A DNA stretch of 64,000 nt from an uncultured cyanobacterium (GTDB lineage Bacteria > Cyanobacteriota > Cyanobacteriia > Pseudanabaenales > Pseudanabaenaceae): the NCBI GenBank assembly GCA_963703315.1, contig OY969811.1, positions 3,616,001-3,680,000 of the forward strand. Direction: 5' to 3'. The notes under the pieces were generated by a model that saw only the letters and a list, made by a program, of their open reading frames with translations, did no database searches and was not told the DNA's origin. Position numbers and translations under genes: made by a program. Numbering within the stretch: position 1 is the stretch's first letter; each line of letters starts with the position of its first letter. Below are positions 19,101 to 29,445 of the stretch, piece by piece.

Positions 19101-20595
19101 CAAAGACGAGCAAGGCGTTGTGACGCGGATGATTGGTAGTCATCTGGATATGACCCCACTAGTTGAGATTCAAAATGCACTCAAAATCTCAGAAATGCAA
19201 CTTAGTGGAATCTTGAGCAGCTCCTTAGATGGCATCATGGCATTTCAATCAGTGCGCGATGAGCAAGGTGTAATTATTGACTTTGAATGGTTATTAATTA
19301 ATCCAACTGCTGAAAGCATAGTAGGCAGACAAGATAAAGATTTAATTGGCAAGCGATTGCTAGAAGAGATACCAGGAAATCGAGAAAGTGGACTATTTGA
19401 TCTCTATGTAAAAGTAGTAGAAACAGGGGAATCAATGCAGCAACAGTTCTATTACAACCATGATGGCATTGATAGTTGGTTTGAAAATATTGCTGTGAAA
19501 CTAGGTGATGGCTTTACAGTTACTTTCCGTAATATTACCGCGATGAAACAGTCAGAGCTGGCAATTCAGCAAGCCAATCAGCAATTGGAAGAGCGTGTGA
19601 CCGATCTCAACCAACGCCATGCAGAAATGCTTGCCTTGAGTGAAATCAGCGACTTCCTTCAAGCTAGTCTCACCGTAGAAGAAGCTTGTATAACCCTCAG
19701 CCAACTTGTAGAAAAACTCTTCCCTAATTGTGCAGGCGGCATTTTTATTACTAGTAATTCTCGCAATCGGGTTGAATTAATTTCCTCTTGGGGCAAATCC
19801 CTCCAGTCTGAAGATGCATTTCTTCCTAAAGACTGTTGGGCGTTACGGCGTGGTCGAATCCATGTAGTTGAGACTGATCGAGTAGGGTTACGCTGCAACC
19901 ATATTCACTCACATGAATCGATCGCGGCAACTCTCTGCATTCCTATGATTGCTCAAGGGGAAACGTTAGGGATGTTCTATCTTGATACTAATAATCCCAA
20001 CGCTTTGCCAGAAGTGAAGCAACAACTTGCCCGCACCTTAGCCGAACAGGTAGCAATGGCGATCGCCAATCTTCGCTTACAAGAAACCCTGCAACAGCAA
20101 AGCATCCGCGATCCGCTCACAGGATTATTCAACCGCCGCTATCTCGAAGAGAACCTTAATCAAGAGATATCACGCGCCCAACGTCAACAGCACCAGATTG
20201 GCGTAATCATGATCGACATCGATCATTTCAAGCGCTTCAACGATACCTATGGGCATGATGCTGGTGACTATGTACTGCAAACCGTGGGAACCTTGCTCAA
20301 AAAATATGTGCGTGGCTCCGATGTTGCCTGTCGCTACGGTGGCGAAGAGATGATTCTCGTTTTGCCAGACTCAACGTTAGAAGCCGCAAGTATGCGAGCC
20401 GAAGAAATCCGTGAGGCGATCGCCCAGATCACTCTGTCCCATAATTCTCAACTTTTAGGAAAACTGACCGCATCCTTCGGTGTCGCTAGCTTTCCTCAAC
20501 ATGGAGCAACGGGTAGCGCCGTAATGCAAGCCGCCGATGCCGCTCTCTACCGCGCCAAAGCCGCAGGACGTAATCAAGTTTTGACCGCACCATAA
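16177..20595 (+). CDS. Cyanobacteriochrome GAF / multi-PAS / GAF / GGDEF diguanylate cyclase
   Basis: N-terminal GAF with DTCF and SCY; PAS/PAC repeats; RGSD I-site and RYGGEEM active site. Start ATG 16177 or TTG 16159. Confidence 0.9.
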   Translation: MKNSSQSNYCDRQSDDSVGVAQAQADWGHLIATISLRIRQSLDLPTILQTTADDVHQLLGSDRVLLYQFEPDWSGKVVVESVSEPRWSLLDRVVRDTCFEACWLEPYHEGKYAAIADVATANLSSCYADFLNNLEIKANLVIPLLCESQLWGLLIVHHCTVPRQWQSAEIEGLQQIAVHVGIAVHQALLLEQLQVAKANLETQVAERTVELEQANQQLLGRLDESNLRVNELDQHKRQLAQLAVIVESSQDAIMSKTLDGIITSWNQAAESLFGYKAEEIIGKNVTELIPQERKFEEDVICQKIYQGHRVDTFETQRKHQDGTLLDVALTISPIKDENGTVIGASKIARDVSDRKRLEFERTQAEKELCQSKEQLEDFFENVSDLIQSVSLKDGRFLFVNRAWREVLGYSSEEIADLNVFELLAPECMPACQVLFQQLRAGEMLSVDRAEFIFLAKDGKKVFLEGNINVRQENGISVATRTILRDVTALRQTEYTLNEQTATLQSFYDSAPLMMGVVELSENDILHISDNRATIKFFNSSPDEIIGKWSSELGVPSEHIDFWCNHYRISQEIQTPVQFEYEHVTEMATFHLLVTVSFIDISDSQRPRFCYVAQDISDRKRAELELQQSEATNRALIGAIPDFLVRMNRDGLYVAVINQGSIHAIKCDGEIQGHSITELMPDAIAQERMRLAEIALQTRQVQKQEYEFVDQGQTYFEEARIAPLWDDEVLVVVRDISDRLRAEAELKRLSERLALSLKSGAIGSWEWDINQNIVLWDERMYELYGVTKQSDSVVYDIWVNALHPDDRPYTETLLQQVFLGQAEYDTEFRVIYPDHSIKFIKAYGVVLRDVQGNPTSMIGVNFDISALKQAELDIKFAKNQLELVLQASSEGFWDLNLVTGEIYFSPQWKAILGYEDHELENTLDMWVSMFLKEDQETALKLVEEYKSGNVDRFISTQRCRHKNGSTVYVLSRAIHLKDEQGVVTRMIGSHLDMTPLVEIQNALKISEMQLSGILSSSLDGIMAFQSVRDEQGVIIDFEWLLINPTAESIVGRQDKDLIGKRLLEEIPGNRESGLFDLYVKVVETGESMQQQFYYNHDGIDSWFENIAVKLGDGFTVTFRNITAMKQSELAIQQANQQLEERVTDLNQRHAEMLALSEISDFLQASLTVEEACITLSQLVEKLFPNCAGGIFITSNSRNRVELISSWGKSLQSEDAFLPKDCWALRRGRIHVVETDRVGLRCNHIHSHESIAATLCIPMIAQGETLGMFYLDTNNPNALPEVKQQLARTLAEQVAMAIANLRLQETLQQQSIRDPLTGLFNRRYLEENLNQEISRAQRQQHQIGVIMIDIDHFKRFNDTYGHDAGDYVLQTVGTLLKKYVRGSDVACRYGGEEMILVLPDSTLEAASMRAEEIREAIAQITLSHNSQLLGKLTASFGVASFPQHGATGSAVMQAADAALYRAKAAGRNQVLTAP

Positions 20596-20606
20596 ATTAA
20601 AATCTA

Positions 20607-22574
20607 CTACAACCAGTCATCATCGTCATCGTAGGAGACTCTGGTGTTGGGGCGGCGGCGATCGTCTTCGTCTTTACCACGTTTATTGCGACTGGCGAAA
20701 CTGCCAATACTTTCGAGGATGCCACCAAAGAGATCGTCATCATCATCTTCGTAATATTCATCTTCGGCATAGAGTTCACTCGACAGCGCATAGAGAGCTT
20801 CTTGCAACTCTGACTGAGCGCGATCGATTAGGGCATCATCTTCCTTGGAAATAGCATCTTTGAGTTTTTTAATTGATCCCTCAATTTGTTTGCGGCGTTC
20901 GTAGGTGAGTTTATAGCCATAGTTAAGGGCTAAATCTTTTAACTGACGCTCGGCTCCCACCGCCAGATTATCGGCACGGTTTAATTTTTCGATGCGATCG
21001 CGTTTTGCCCGATCGCGATCGGCATATTGCTCGGCTTCGGTGACCATGCGCTCGACTTCTTTTTCATCGAGGGTCGAAGCGCCCTTAATGGTGACCCGAC
21101 GCTCGACACCTGTGCGGCGATCGCTGGCTGTCACTGCCAAAATGCCATCAGTATTTAGGTCAAAGGTGACATCGACCTGAGCCATACCGCGAGGTTGGGG
21201 ATCAAGTCCGCTTAATTTAAAGCGTCCCAAGGATTTGTTATATTCCGCAAGATCGCGTTCACCTTGAATTATATGAATTTCTACTGAAGTTTGATTGTCC
21301 TCCGCAGTGGTGAATAATTCCATCTTGCGACAAGGAATTGTGGTGTTTCTAGGAATTAAGCGCTTAACCACTCCGCCTGATGTCTCTACACCCAGTGATA
21401 AGGGGGTGACATCTAGTAATAAAACATCTTTGATTTCGCCCGATAAAATTGCGGCTTGGATGACTGCGCCGATCGCTACGACTTCATCGGGATTGACACT
21501 TTGACTCGGTGGTTTACCGATCGCCCGTTCTACCATTTCCTGTACTGCGGGAATACGGGTGGAGCCGCCCACTAGAACTACTTCATCGATTTGGCGGGGA
21601 CTAATTTGGGCATCTCGTAATACGCGATCGAGGGGTACTTGCAAACGCTCTAATAAATCAGCACTGAGTCGCTCAAACTGCGATCGCTTTAAGTTGGTTT
21701 CTAAATGCAAAGGTCCTTCAGCCGTTGCGGTAATAAACGGTAAGTTAATCTCGGTCACGCCTACTGTCGAAAGCTCAATCTTGGCTTTTTCGGCGGCTTC
21801 GGTCAGGCGTTGCAATGCTTGACGCTCTTTTCGTAGATCCACGCCATCGGATTTGAGAAATTCTTCCGCGAGATAATTCACAATTTGGCGATCGAAATCA
21901 TCACCACCTAACTGCGTGTCGCCTGTAGTTGCCTTGACTTCAAATAAACCATCGCTCACCTCTAGTACTGACACATCAAACGTGCCACCACCGAGGTCAA
22001 ACACTAAAATTTTCTTATTAGATTTTTTATCCAGACCGTAGGCTAATGAAGCAGCCGTTGGTTCATTTAAAATTCGTTTAACTTCGATCCCTGCAATTCT
22101 GCCAGCATCCTTAGTGGCTTGCCGTTGGGAATCATTAAAATAAGCAGGAACTGTAATTACTGCTCCAGTTACGGGTTCGCCCAGATAACGACTCGCTTCA
22201 TCGACAAGTTTGCGAATCACCATTGCCGAAATCTCTTCTGGGGCAAAGTCCTTTTCGAGTCTAGAACTGCGTAATTTAATATTGCCTTGATCATCACGGC
22301 GCACGGTATAGGGGACGCGCTTAGTCTCAGCCGACAGTTCGCTATGCTTGCGTCCGATAAAACGTTTGACAGAATAAAAAGTATTGTCAGGATTCAGCAC
22401 CGCTTGACGACGTGCCATTTGTCCGACAAGTCTTTCGCCATCTTTAGTAAAGCTAACAACTGAGGGAGTGGTGCGGCTACCTTCTGAGTTGGCAATCACT
22501 ATGGGCTTTCCACCTTCCATAACGGCTACCACAGAGTTTGTCGTACCCAAGTCAATACCTACAATTTTTCCCAT
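20607..22574 (-). CDS. dnaK: Molecular chaperone DnaK (paralogue with acidic DDDDDW tail, DnaK3-like)
   Basis: [25 protein letters not shown]; start at MGKIVG. Confidence 0.95.
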   Translation of the reverse strand: MGKIVGIDLGTTNSVVAVMEGGKPIVIANSEGSRTTPSVVSFTKDGERLVGQMARRQAVLNPDNTFYSVKRFIGRKHSELSAETKRVPYTVRRDDQGNIKLRSSRLEKDFAPEEISAMVIRKLVDEASRYLGEPVTGAVITVPAYFNDSQRQATKDAGRIAGIEVKRILNEPTAASLAYGLDKKSNKKILVFDLGGGTFDVSVLEVSDGLFEVKATTGDTQLGGDDFDRQIVNYLAEEFLKSDGVDLRKERQALQRLTEAAEKAKIELSTVGVTEINLPFITATAEGPLHLETNLKRSQFERLSADLLERLQVPLDRVLRDAQISPRQIDEVVLVGGSTRIPAVQEMVERAIGKPPSQSVNPDEVVAIGAVIQAAILSGEIKDVLLLDVTPLSLGVETSGGVVKRLIPRNTTIPCRKMELFTTAEDNQTSVEIHIIQGERDLAEYNKSLGRFKLSGLDPQPRGMAQVDVTFDLNTDGILAVTASDRRTGVERRVTIKGASTLDEKEVERMVTEAEQYADRDRAKRDRIEKLNRADNLAVGAERQLKDLALNYGYKLTYERRKQIEGSIKKLKDAISKEDDALIDRAQSELQEALYALSSELYAEDEYYEDDDDDLFGGILESIGSFASRNKRGKDEDDRRRPNTRVSYDDDDDWL

Positions 22575-22722
22575 GCTTGACGTGTATTCCTCTTCACTTC
22601 CCAAAACTGTTTTAATGTACAGCTTACCAATTTTTGATTTTGCTTTACTTTACCAATATCCTATCTCTAAACATAGGTATATAGACGAAGGGCGATCGCC
22701 CTTCGTCTGCAATTAACAGGAT

Positions 22723-23208
22723 TTAGCCGAAAACTTTATTTTTCCAAGCTGTAATTCCGTCAATTAGCTCCTTACGAGTACTAGCCAGTAGTAAATAGCG
22801 ATAAACAAACCATATAGAATAGCCAAATCCCACTAATTCAAAGACGCTAGGCAATACAGGTAATTTATTTAAAATATCTAAAAGTGTAGAGGCGGCAATA
22901 TATGCAGGAATTGTGAGCAGGATGATAATGGCAAGTGTGACGTTAGACTGTTTACCTTCACCGAAATAATTATTCCAAGTCTCTTGGACTGTACCCAAAA
23001 TTTCACTAGTAACTTTAGTAACCTGCGCGATTTGTAAGGTGTCGGTTTCAGGAATAGGGTTGTCGGCTATGGATTTGGTTGGGGTAGTATCGGCGATCGC
23101 TGGAGTTACTATTTTGGGCGTTTCTACAGGTTCTATAGCTTCGACAGGCTCGATAGACTCGAAAATATTTTCCGCAGGTGCTTCAATAGTTGGTTCTTGA
23201 GGTTCCAT
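22723..23208 (-). CDS. CAAD/CURT1-like thylakoid membrane protein
   Basis: LPVLPSVFELVGFGYSIWFVYRYLL...RKEL motif. Confidence 0.85.
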   Translation of the reverse strand: MEPQEPTIEAPAENIFESIEPVEAIEPVETPKIVTPAIADTTPTKSIADNPIPETDTLQIAQVTKVTSEILGTVQETWNNYFGEGKQSNVTLAIIILLTIPAYIAASTLLDILNKLPVLPSVFELVGFGYSIWFVYRYLLLASTRKELIDGITAWKNKVFG

Positions 23209-23302
23209 GATTTATTTGATTTAATGACTAGTCAACATCATGATGAAATTTTAACAGCATTAAAGTAAAGATCGCCCTGTTATACCTGTAGCCATTTTTA
23301 AG

Positions 23303-23354
23303 ACATAAACCCAAAAGAGAGGTGCAGCGCTGCACCTCTCTTTTGGGTTTATGT
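23303..23354. repeat. Hairpin repeat of the 356-470 family
   Basis: ACATAAACCCAAAAGAGAGGTGCAG-CG-CTGCACCTCTCTTTTGGGTTTATGT. Confidence 0.75.
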
Positions 23355-23363
23355 TAAGACGAA

Positions 23364-23681
23364 CTAAGCTTTTCTCAGGGAAAGCTCAAACTGACTGCGA
23401 TTTTCAAATACCTCAAATAGGCTCTTCATTGAACTTACTTCTAGCAAAAATTCAATATATTCACTAACTGAGCAAATAGCAAACTTACAGCCGATCGCCT
23501 TAGCACTTCTTAAGACAAAAACTAAAGCTCCTAATCCTGAGCTATCCATCTGTTTTAAGTGTTTCAGATCCACAAGTAGTACATCAGGTTTACGATCTAG
23601 GACATTACTAGCTTGCTGACGAAAATAGTTAGTACTAGTTGCATCAAGATGTCCTGTCGGTTGCATAATTTCTATACGCAT
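23364..23681 (-). CDS. STAS-domain anti-sigma factor antagonist
   Basis: GHLDAT, VDLKHLKQMDSSGLGAL; start ATG 23681 or GTG 23705. Confidence 0.88.
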   Translation of the reverse strand: MRIEIMQPTGHLDATSTNYFRQQASNVLDRKPDVLLVDLKHLKQMDSSGLGALVFVLRSAKAIGCKFAICSVSEYIEFLLEVSSMKSLFEVFENRSQFELSLRKA

Positions 23682-24032
23682 TTCTTTTATCTCCTTTTCC
23701 CCCACTTTGAGGTACTACAAATGTTTAAATATGTTTAATAAAACTTTAATTAAAATGTCTCGATAACTGTCTGGATAAATACTTTGAGAAAAAATTAAGT
23801 TGCATGGCTATTCTTTTTTATTATTTAGAAAACTAATTTATCTAAATAAATTTTTAGGGCTACGCAACTCTGGTCTTTTGTTTCATTGACATATACTACT
23901 TCCTAATTTCGATATTTGTTTATGCAAAAGTTATGTAAAGGTTATTTGTAAGGTTATTCATATTTGAAAACCCCAAAAAGTGTGGCGCACGCTGCGCGTG
24001 CGCCACACTTTTTTATACTTACTTTTTTATAC

Positions 24033-24599
24033 TTACTTTCGAGATATGGAGGAGCGATCGCTTAGATACCAGCGCCAAGGAATATCTACACCCTGTGTAA
24101 TGCCGATCCTTGTAGTTTGATAAATTGACTCTGCAAAGTTGGGCGATCGCGCCTCTAGCCATAAATCAAAATCTGGATGCAAAGTAATGCCGTCTAATTG
24201 CCGATCAATTTTTAACAAGCGACAAAGTTTGCCAGGTCCTGATCCTGCGCGATGGGGTTTATCTTTGGGGTTATGCCAACTTGGTAGGAGATCGCATTCA
24301 ATTGCCCGAATTAAGACTGCACTACAAAAATCTGCGCGATCAGTGACGATATTAACGCAGTGATAAATCCCATAGATTAAATAGATATATGCAGTGCAAG
24401 GTTCGCCAAAAATTGCGGCATTGCGCTGAGTTTTGCGCCGATAACCATGACAAGCAGGATCAGTTGCATCATAGGCTTCCGTTTCGACAATCAAGCCTCG
24501 ATACTCAATACCATCGATTCTGCGTACCATTGTGCATCCCAATAGATCAGGGGCAACTTCATGGGCAGGACGTTCAAAAAATTTTTTTTCTAACAACAT
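24033..24599 (-). CDS. mpg: DNA-3-methyladenine glycosylase
   Basis: IVETEAY, YIYLIYG, GPGKLC, TTRIGI motifs. Confidence 0.93.
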   Translation of the reverse strand: MLLEKKFFERPAHEVAPDLLGCTMVRRIDGIEYRGLIVETEAYDATDPACHGYRRKTQRNAAIFGEPCTAYIYLIYGIYHCVNIVTDRADFCSAVLIRAIECDLLPSWHNPKDKPHRAGSGPGKLCRLLKIDRQLDGITLHPDFDLWLEARSPNFAESIYQTTRIGITQGVDIPWRWYLSDRSSISRK

Positions 24600-24638
24600 A
24601 AAAACTCTAATAGAAAAATCTCACTTTGTGAGATTTTT

Positions 24639-25064
24639 CTAGATGGGGCAATTCACCCAACTGCTGACTCCATCTAGCCAAAATTCTTTCTTCCAGATTG
24701 GGGCATCGACTTTTAAAGTGTCGATCGCATAGCGACAAGCTTCAAATGCTTCAGCGCGATGAGGTGAACCAACGGCAACTAAAACGCTGATTTCGCCAAT
24801 TTTGAGTTTGCCAAGGCGATGATGAATGACAACTTCGGTAATATCTGGGAATTTCTGATGGCAGCGATCGCTAATATCTTGAAATACGCGCAAAGCCATC
24901 GACTCATAAGCTTGATAGTCTAAATAATCAACTGCTCTTCCCCCAGTTTGATTGCGTACCATCCCACTCATTAGTACCACTGCGCCATTACGGGCATCAT
25001 CGGCGATCGCATAGACCGCCGCTACATCTAAAACATCATCAGTCAGCCGAAAATTATTAGTCAT
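24639..25064 (-). CDS. moaE: Molybdopterin synthase catalytic subunit
   Basis: HRLGKL, SPHRAEAF, KVDAPIWKKE. Confidence 0.93.
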   Translation of the reverse strand: MTNNFRLTDDVLDVAAVYAIADDARNGAVVLMSGMVRNQTGGRAVDYLDYQAYESMALRVFQDISDRCHQKFPDITEVVIHHRLGKLKIGEISVLVAVGSPHRAEAFEACRYAIDTLKVDAPIWKKEFWLDGVSSWVNCPI

Positions 25065-25102
25065 GCCTTAAGCTAATTCGTGCAAAGCACGGCTTATTTC
25101 AA

Positions 25103-25234
25103 TTAATCTTCGTGTTCTTCAAACTGATCGACTAATTCCTTGTTTGGTGGTCCAAATGCCACATATATCGCATAAGCCGTTAAAACGATCACACATACAG
25201 CAATAGTCACCGCGATCGAAGTTGCGTTTTCCAT
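25103..25234 (-). CDS. psbN: Photosystem II assembly factor PsbN (43 aa, absent from the ORF track)
   Basis: MENATSIAVTIAVCVIVLTAYAIYVAFGPPNKELVDQFEEHED*; divergent from psbH. Confidence 0.95.
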   Translation of the reverse strand: MENATSIAVTIAVCVIVLTAYAIYVAFGPPNKELVDQFEEHED

Positions 25235-25311
25235 GAATTGAACCAATGATTTGAGTTATTCTTAATTACAATTATACTATTTTGTAACAATCCTTTTAAG
25301 AAGACAAAGTT

Positions 25312-25506
25312 ATGTCACAACGTACCCGCCTTGGCGATATCCTCAGACCCCTAAATGCAGAATACGGTAAGGTTTCTCGCGGTTGGGGAACCACCCCCCT
25401 TATGGCTGTGTTCATGGGCTTGTTTCTTGTATTTCTGGTCATTATTCTCCAGTTGTACAACTCTTCCTTGATTCTTGATGGTGTCAACCTCAACTGGGGC
25501 GGCTAA
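25312..25506 (+). CDS. psbH: Photosystem II protein PsbH
   Basis: [26 protein letters not shown]. Confidence 0.97.
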   Translation: MSQRTRLGDILRPLNAEYGKVSRGWGTTPLMAVFMGLFLVFLVIILQLYNSSLILDGVNLNWGG

Positions 25507-25604
25507 TTTCTAGCTATCCTGCTCTCAACATTAAAGGCACGCTCTGCGTGCCTTTAATGTATTAATTACAAATATCTCAGTTATCTACAAAAAGGTCATT
25601 CTCC

Positions 25605-25910
25605 ATGAATATTTTTGGTATTGGGTTACCTGAAATGATTCTGATCATGCTTGTTGCCCTCCTGATCTTTGGTCCTAAAAAATTGCCAGAAATCGGACGA
25701 AGTGTTGGTAAAGCGATCAAAGGCTTTCAAGATGCTTCGCGTGAATTTGAGTCAGAGTTTAAGCGTGAAGCCGATCGCTTAGAACAACCCACCTCGGTCG
25801 CTACAACAACGACAACAAAGCCTGTTGAAGCTGAAGCAACTCCTGTGGCGGTTACGGTTGCGGCATCATCCGAAGAAATCAAGGAAGTGACGAACGCTAC
25901 GGATGCTTGA
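25605..25910 (+). CDS. tatA: Twin-arginine translocase TatA/E
   Basis: FGIGLPEM...IFGPKKLPEIGR. Confidence 0.93.
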   Translation: MNIFGIGLPEMILIMLVALLIFGPKKLPEIGRSVGKAIKGFQDASREFESEFKREADRLEQPTSVATTTTTKPVEAEATPVAVTVAASSEEIKEVTNATDA

Positions 25911-26541
25911 GACTCAATCTATTTCTCTAATTGTGGGACTTGGTAATCCCGGTGCTGAATATGAGCGCACCCGTCACAATATTGGTTTCATGGCGATCGA
26001 TCGCTTAGCGACAGCTTGGAGTATTTCCATTGGCAAAGAAAAGCGATTTTATGGCATTTTTGGTGAAGGTCGATTATCGACCCGTTTAGCCAGTAGCGGT
26101 AAAATTCGTTTGCTCAAGCCCACTACTTATATGAATGTATCAGGGCAATCGGTACGCGCCTGTGCTGATTGGTTTAAAACTGATCCCAAACATATTTTAG
26201 TTATCTATGATGATATGGACTTACCCCTTGGTAAACTGCGATTGCGCCCCTCTGGTTCAGCAGGTGGCCATAATGGCATGAAATCAATCATTTCGCATCT
26301 CGGTACTCAAAATTTTCCCCGTCTTCGTCTTGGTATTGGGCGAGGTGGGCATACCGATGGGGCGATCGCCACTAAAGCTAATCAAAATGTCACCAATCAT
26401 GTTTTAGGTGGTTTTACTGCTACCGAGACGAAAATCTTACCTGAAATGCTAGGACTTGCCGAATCTACAGTGACCAGCATTCTCGCGGATGGATTAGAGA
26501 AAGCAATGAGTTTATATAACAGTCGTAGCATTGAATTTTAG
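25903..26541 (+). CDS. pth: Peptidyl-tRNA hydrolase
   Basis: VGLGNPG, TRHNIGF, GGHNG. Confidence 0.96.
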   Translation: MLETQSISLIVGLGNPGAEYERTRHNIGFMAIDRLATAWSISIGKEKRFYGIFGEGRLSTRLASSGKIRLLKPTTYMNVSGQSVRACADWFKTDPKHILVIYDDMDLPLGKLRLRPSGSAGGHNGMKSIISHLGTQNFPRLRLGIGRGGHTDGAIATKANQNVTNHVLGGFTATETKILPEMLGLAESTVTSILADGLEKAMSLYNSRSIEF

Positions 26542-26696
26542 GATTGAATTTTAAGGTCGCTGATTCTAACTGTTGTAAGACTGCTTACGCGGTATGATAA
26601 GACGGGCTTTTTAGGCATTTTGAGCGAATTTTAGTGAAAAATTTGCTGAGAATATGTTAGGTGACACTTAATCGTAGCGAGAGGAGAATGTAATTT

Positions 26697-27830
26697 ATGA
26701 AAGCCATGATTTTGGCTGCGGGTAAAGGTACTAGAATCCGCCCGATCACGAATATCATGCCTAAGCCCATGATCCCCATCATGCAAAAGCCCGTAATGGA
26801 GTTTTTAGTTGAGCTACTAAGACAACATGGCTTTGATCAGATCATGGTGAATGTGAGCCACTTGTCCGAAGAGATCGAAAACTATTTTCGTGATGGTCAA
26901 AAGTTTGGTGTACAAATGGCATATTCCTTTGAGGGAACCATTGTTGATGGCAAACTGCAAGGGAGTGCGCTTGGTTCGGCGGGCGGGCTGAAAAAAATTC
27001 AAGATTTTTCCCCATTTTTTGACGATACCTTTGTTGTGCTTTGCGGTGATGCGTTGATCGATCTCGATCTCACCTATGCTGTGAACTGGCATCGTCAGAA
27101 AAAGTCGATCGCTACGATTATTACGAAAACTGTTCCTAAAGATCAGGTGTCTAGCTATGGAGTAGTCGTTACTGACTCTGAAGGGAGAATCAAGCAGTTC
27201 CAAGAAAAGCCCAGTGTTGCCGAAGCCTTAAGTAATACGATTAATACAGGTATTTATATCTTCGAGCCAGAGATTTTTGATTATGTGCCGTCAGGCGTAG
27301 AGTTTGATCTTGGTAGTGATTTATTTCCTAAATTAGTTGCGGCGAATTTACCCTTCCATGCCATTTCGATGGACTTTCAATGGGTAGATATCGGGAAAGT
27401 CCCTGACTATTGGCAAGCAATTCAGGATGTACTAGTTGGCAAAGTTAAAAATGTGAATATTCCCGGTCATGAAGTTAAACCTGAAATTTATACAGGGCTA
27501 AATGTTTCTGTAAACTGGGATAAGGTGGATATTCGTGGACCTGTTTATATTGGTGGTATGACTCAAATTGAGGATGGCGCGACTATTATTGGTCCCACGA
27601 TGATTGGTCCCAATTGTCATGTTTGTAGTGGTGCTGTTGTTGAAAGGAGTGTGATTTTCGAGTATTCGCGTCTTTCGGATGTGCGTTTAGTCGATAAGTT
27701 GGTGTTTGGTCGTTATTGTGTTGATAAGACAGGAGCAACTATTGACTTGCAGGCAGCAGCACTAGATTGGTTAATCACCGATGCAAGACATCAGCAACAG
27801 TCACAATCTCCCCTAATTGCGTCAACATAA
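26697..27830 (+). CDS. cugP: NDP-sugar pyrophosphorylase (cyanobacterial CugP-type)
   Basis: ILAAGKGTRIRP, KPMIP; C-terminal hexapeptide region. Confidence 0.8.
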   Translation: MKAMILAAGKGTRIRPITNIMPKPMIPIMQKPVMEFLVELLRQHGFDQIMVNVSHLSEEIENYFRDGQKFGVQMAYSFEGTIVDGKLQGSALGSAGGLKKIQDFSPFFDDTFVVLCGDALIDLDLTYAVNWHRQKKSIATIITKTVPKDQVSSYGVVVTDSEGRIKQFQEKPSVAEALSNTINTGIYIFEPEIFDYVPSGVEFDLGSDLFPKLVAANLPFHAISMDFQWVDIGKVPDYWQAIQDVLVGKVKNVNIPGHEVKPEIYTGLNVSVNWDKVDIRGPVYIGGMTQIEDGATIIGPTMIGPNCHVCSGAVVERSVIFEYSRLSDVRLVDKLVFGRYCVDKTGATIDLQAAALDWLITDARHQQQSQSPLIAST

Positions 27831-27849
27831 CGCTTTGCGCTCAAACCTA

Positions 27850-27888
27850 AAACAAGAAAAGCAATGCTAAGCATTGCTTTTCTTGTTT
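27850..27888. terminator. Hairpin between convergent cugP and amiC
   Basis: AAACAAGAAAAGCAATGC-TAA-GCATTGCTTTTCTTGTTT. Confidence 0.65.
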
Positions 27889-29374
27889 ATCTGCCCCGTA
27901 CTCGCATAAATTGATCGATGCCTCTAGCGATCGCCTCAGCCATTCGTTTCTGATAAGTGGGATTATTTAAATTTCGTGCCTCAGTAGGATTAGTGACAAA
28001 TCCAGTCTCCACTAACACTGCGGGCATCGAAGTTTTAGCAATCACATAAAAACCTGCGCCTCTAACGGAGCGATCAATTGCTCCTGTTCCCGATATGATC
28101 TGGGCATGAATGTAGCTCGCTAGTTCTCGACCTACTGTCGAGTTGCGGGAATGATAGGTTTCTACGCCACTAATGCCGCTATTTCCGGGGGCAAGAGCGT
28201 TAGCATGGATACTCACAAATACATCAGCATTGACTCTTTGGGCGGCTGCAACACGGGGTTCTAAATCAATTTCCACATCGTTGGTACGAGCGTAATAGAC
28301 GGTATAACCCATACTTTGTAGAGCTTGTCCTAAATTAAGACTGATTGGTAGAACTACATCTTTTTCGTATATTCCATTAGCTACAGCCCCTGGGTCACGT
28401 CCACCATGTCCTGCATCGACAAAGATCACTCCACGACGGCGATCGCCTGTATTCAGGGGAGGCTGTGTAACCGTATTGTTATTGGGTAAAGACGTTGGGT
28501 TGTTGGGCGAAGTACTATTTAAGGAAACCTGTAACTGAATTTGTTGATTATTAAAGCGTTGGGTTTCGCGGACTTGCCAACCTGCGATCGCCTTGATGTC
28601 AATTTCCACAGAAGTCCCCACTTGCGATAGCCGAATTCTTTCAATGGGGCTATTGGCAGCCAGACTAGGACGTTGCAAATTAGGTGAAATGATCGCATTC
28701 GCTACGGTTACTTTGTAGGTTCCAGAGGCAAAGTCAAAATTGGCTCGATAGTTGATGGGTTGATTAGCTTCGATAATCAGTTGTCCTGTATTACTAAAAC
28801 CTAGTCTCTGGATCGCCGTAGTTGTGGAAACCCCATTGCTGTTGACTGGTCTGGGAAGACTCAAGTTCGGATTGGGTGGATTAATTGGTATTGCTTGTGC
28901 AGTTTGAGATGCATTGGGGGTGAGTAATAGGGTTCTTGTGGCGGCAATATACTGACTTTGCCATGCAAATTTGCTATTCGGATCATTACTATCTAAATCA
29001 AAAACCAATCTAGCGGTCGCAGGATTAGTTTGAAATTGAGCAACCCTAACTTGTTTAATACCGAGTCGATTCATTGGCACGGTTGACTGGTGTAATGCTT
29101 GCGCCAAATTAGTATTTTGCAGATCGACAATCAAGCGATCAGGATTATCTTCCCGTTGAATCCGAATTACGGGATTAGCATTAACTGTCAACATCAAACC
29201 ATTTGTAGTAGGTCGGATACTGTTTAGCTGTACTGCACTGGATTGGCTAAAATTTGACTGTGCTGCCAACTGTTCAACTACGGGGCTGCCATAGCTAGTA
29301 GCCACAGTCATAATCATTCCAACTGCTAGTTGTCGATATCGCAAAGTAATTCTCCCGTGGGCATAAAGATCCAA
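27887..29374 (-). CDS. amiC: AMIN-domain N-acetylmuramoyl-L-alanine amidase (start uncertain)
   Basis: NPDRLIVDL AMIN motif; DAGHGG, SIHAN, LVETGF amidase_3 motifs. Confidence 0.88.
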   Translation of the reverse strand: MDLYAHGRITLRYRQLAVGMIMTVATSYGSPVVEQLAAQSNFSQSSAVQLNSIRPTTNGLMLTVNANPVIRIQREDNPDRLIVDLQNTNLAQALHQSTVPMNRLGIKQVRVAQFQTNPATARLVFDLDSNDPNSKFAWQSQYIAATRTLLLTPNASQTAQAIPINPPNPNLSLPRPVNSNGVSTTTAIQRLGFSNTGQLIIEANQPINYRANFDFASGTYKVTVANAIISPNLQRPSLAANSPIERIRLSQVGTSVEIDIKAIAGWQVRETQRFNNQQIQLQVSLNSTSPNNPTSLPNNNTVTQPPLNTGDRRRGVIFVDAGHGGRDPGAVANGIYEKDVVLPISLNLGQALQSMGYTVYYARTNDVEIDLEPRVAAAQRVNADVFVSIHANALAPGNSGISGVETYHSRNSTVGRELASYIHAQIISGTGAIDRSVRGAGFYVIAKTSMPAVLVETGFVTNPTEARNLNNPTYQKRMAEAIARGIDQFMRVRGR

Positions 29375-29445
29375 AATATGAGCTATCGAACAGTTAGATT
29401 TCTAATGGATTGTTAATTTAGATCACTAGGACATATTTTAGATAT

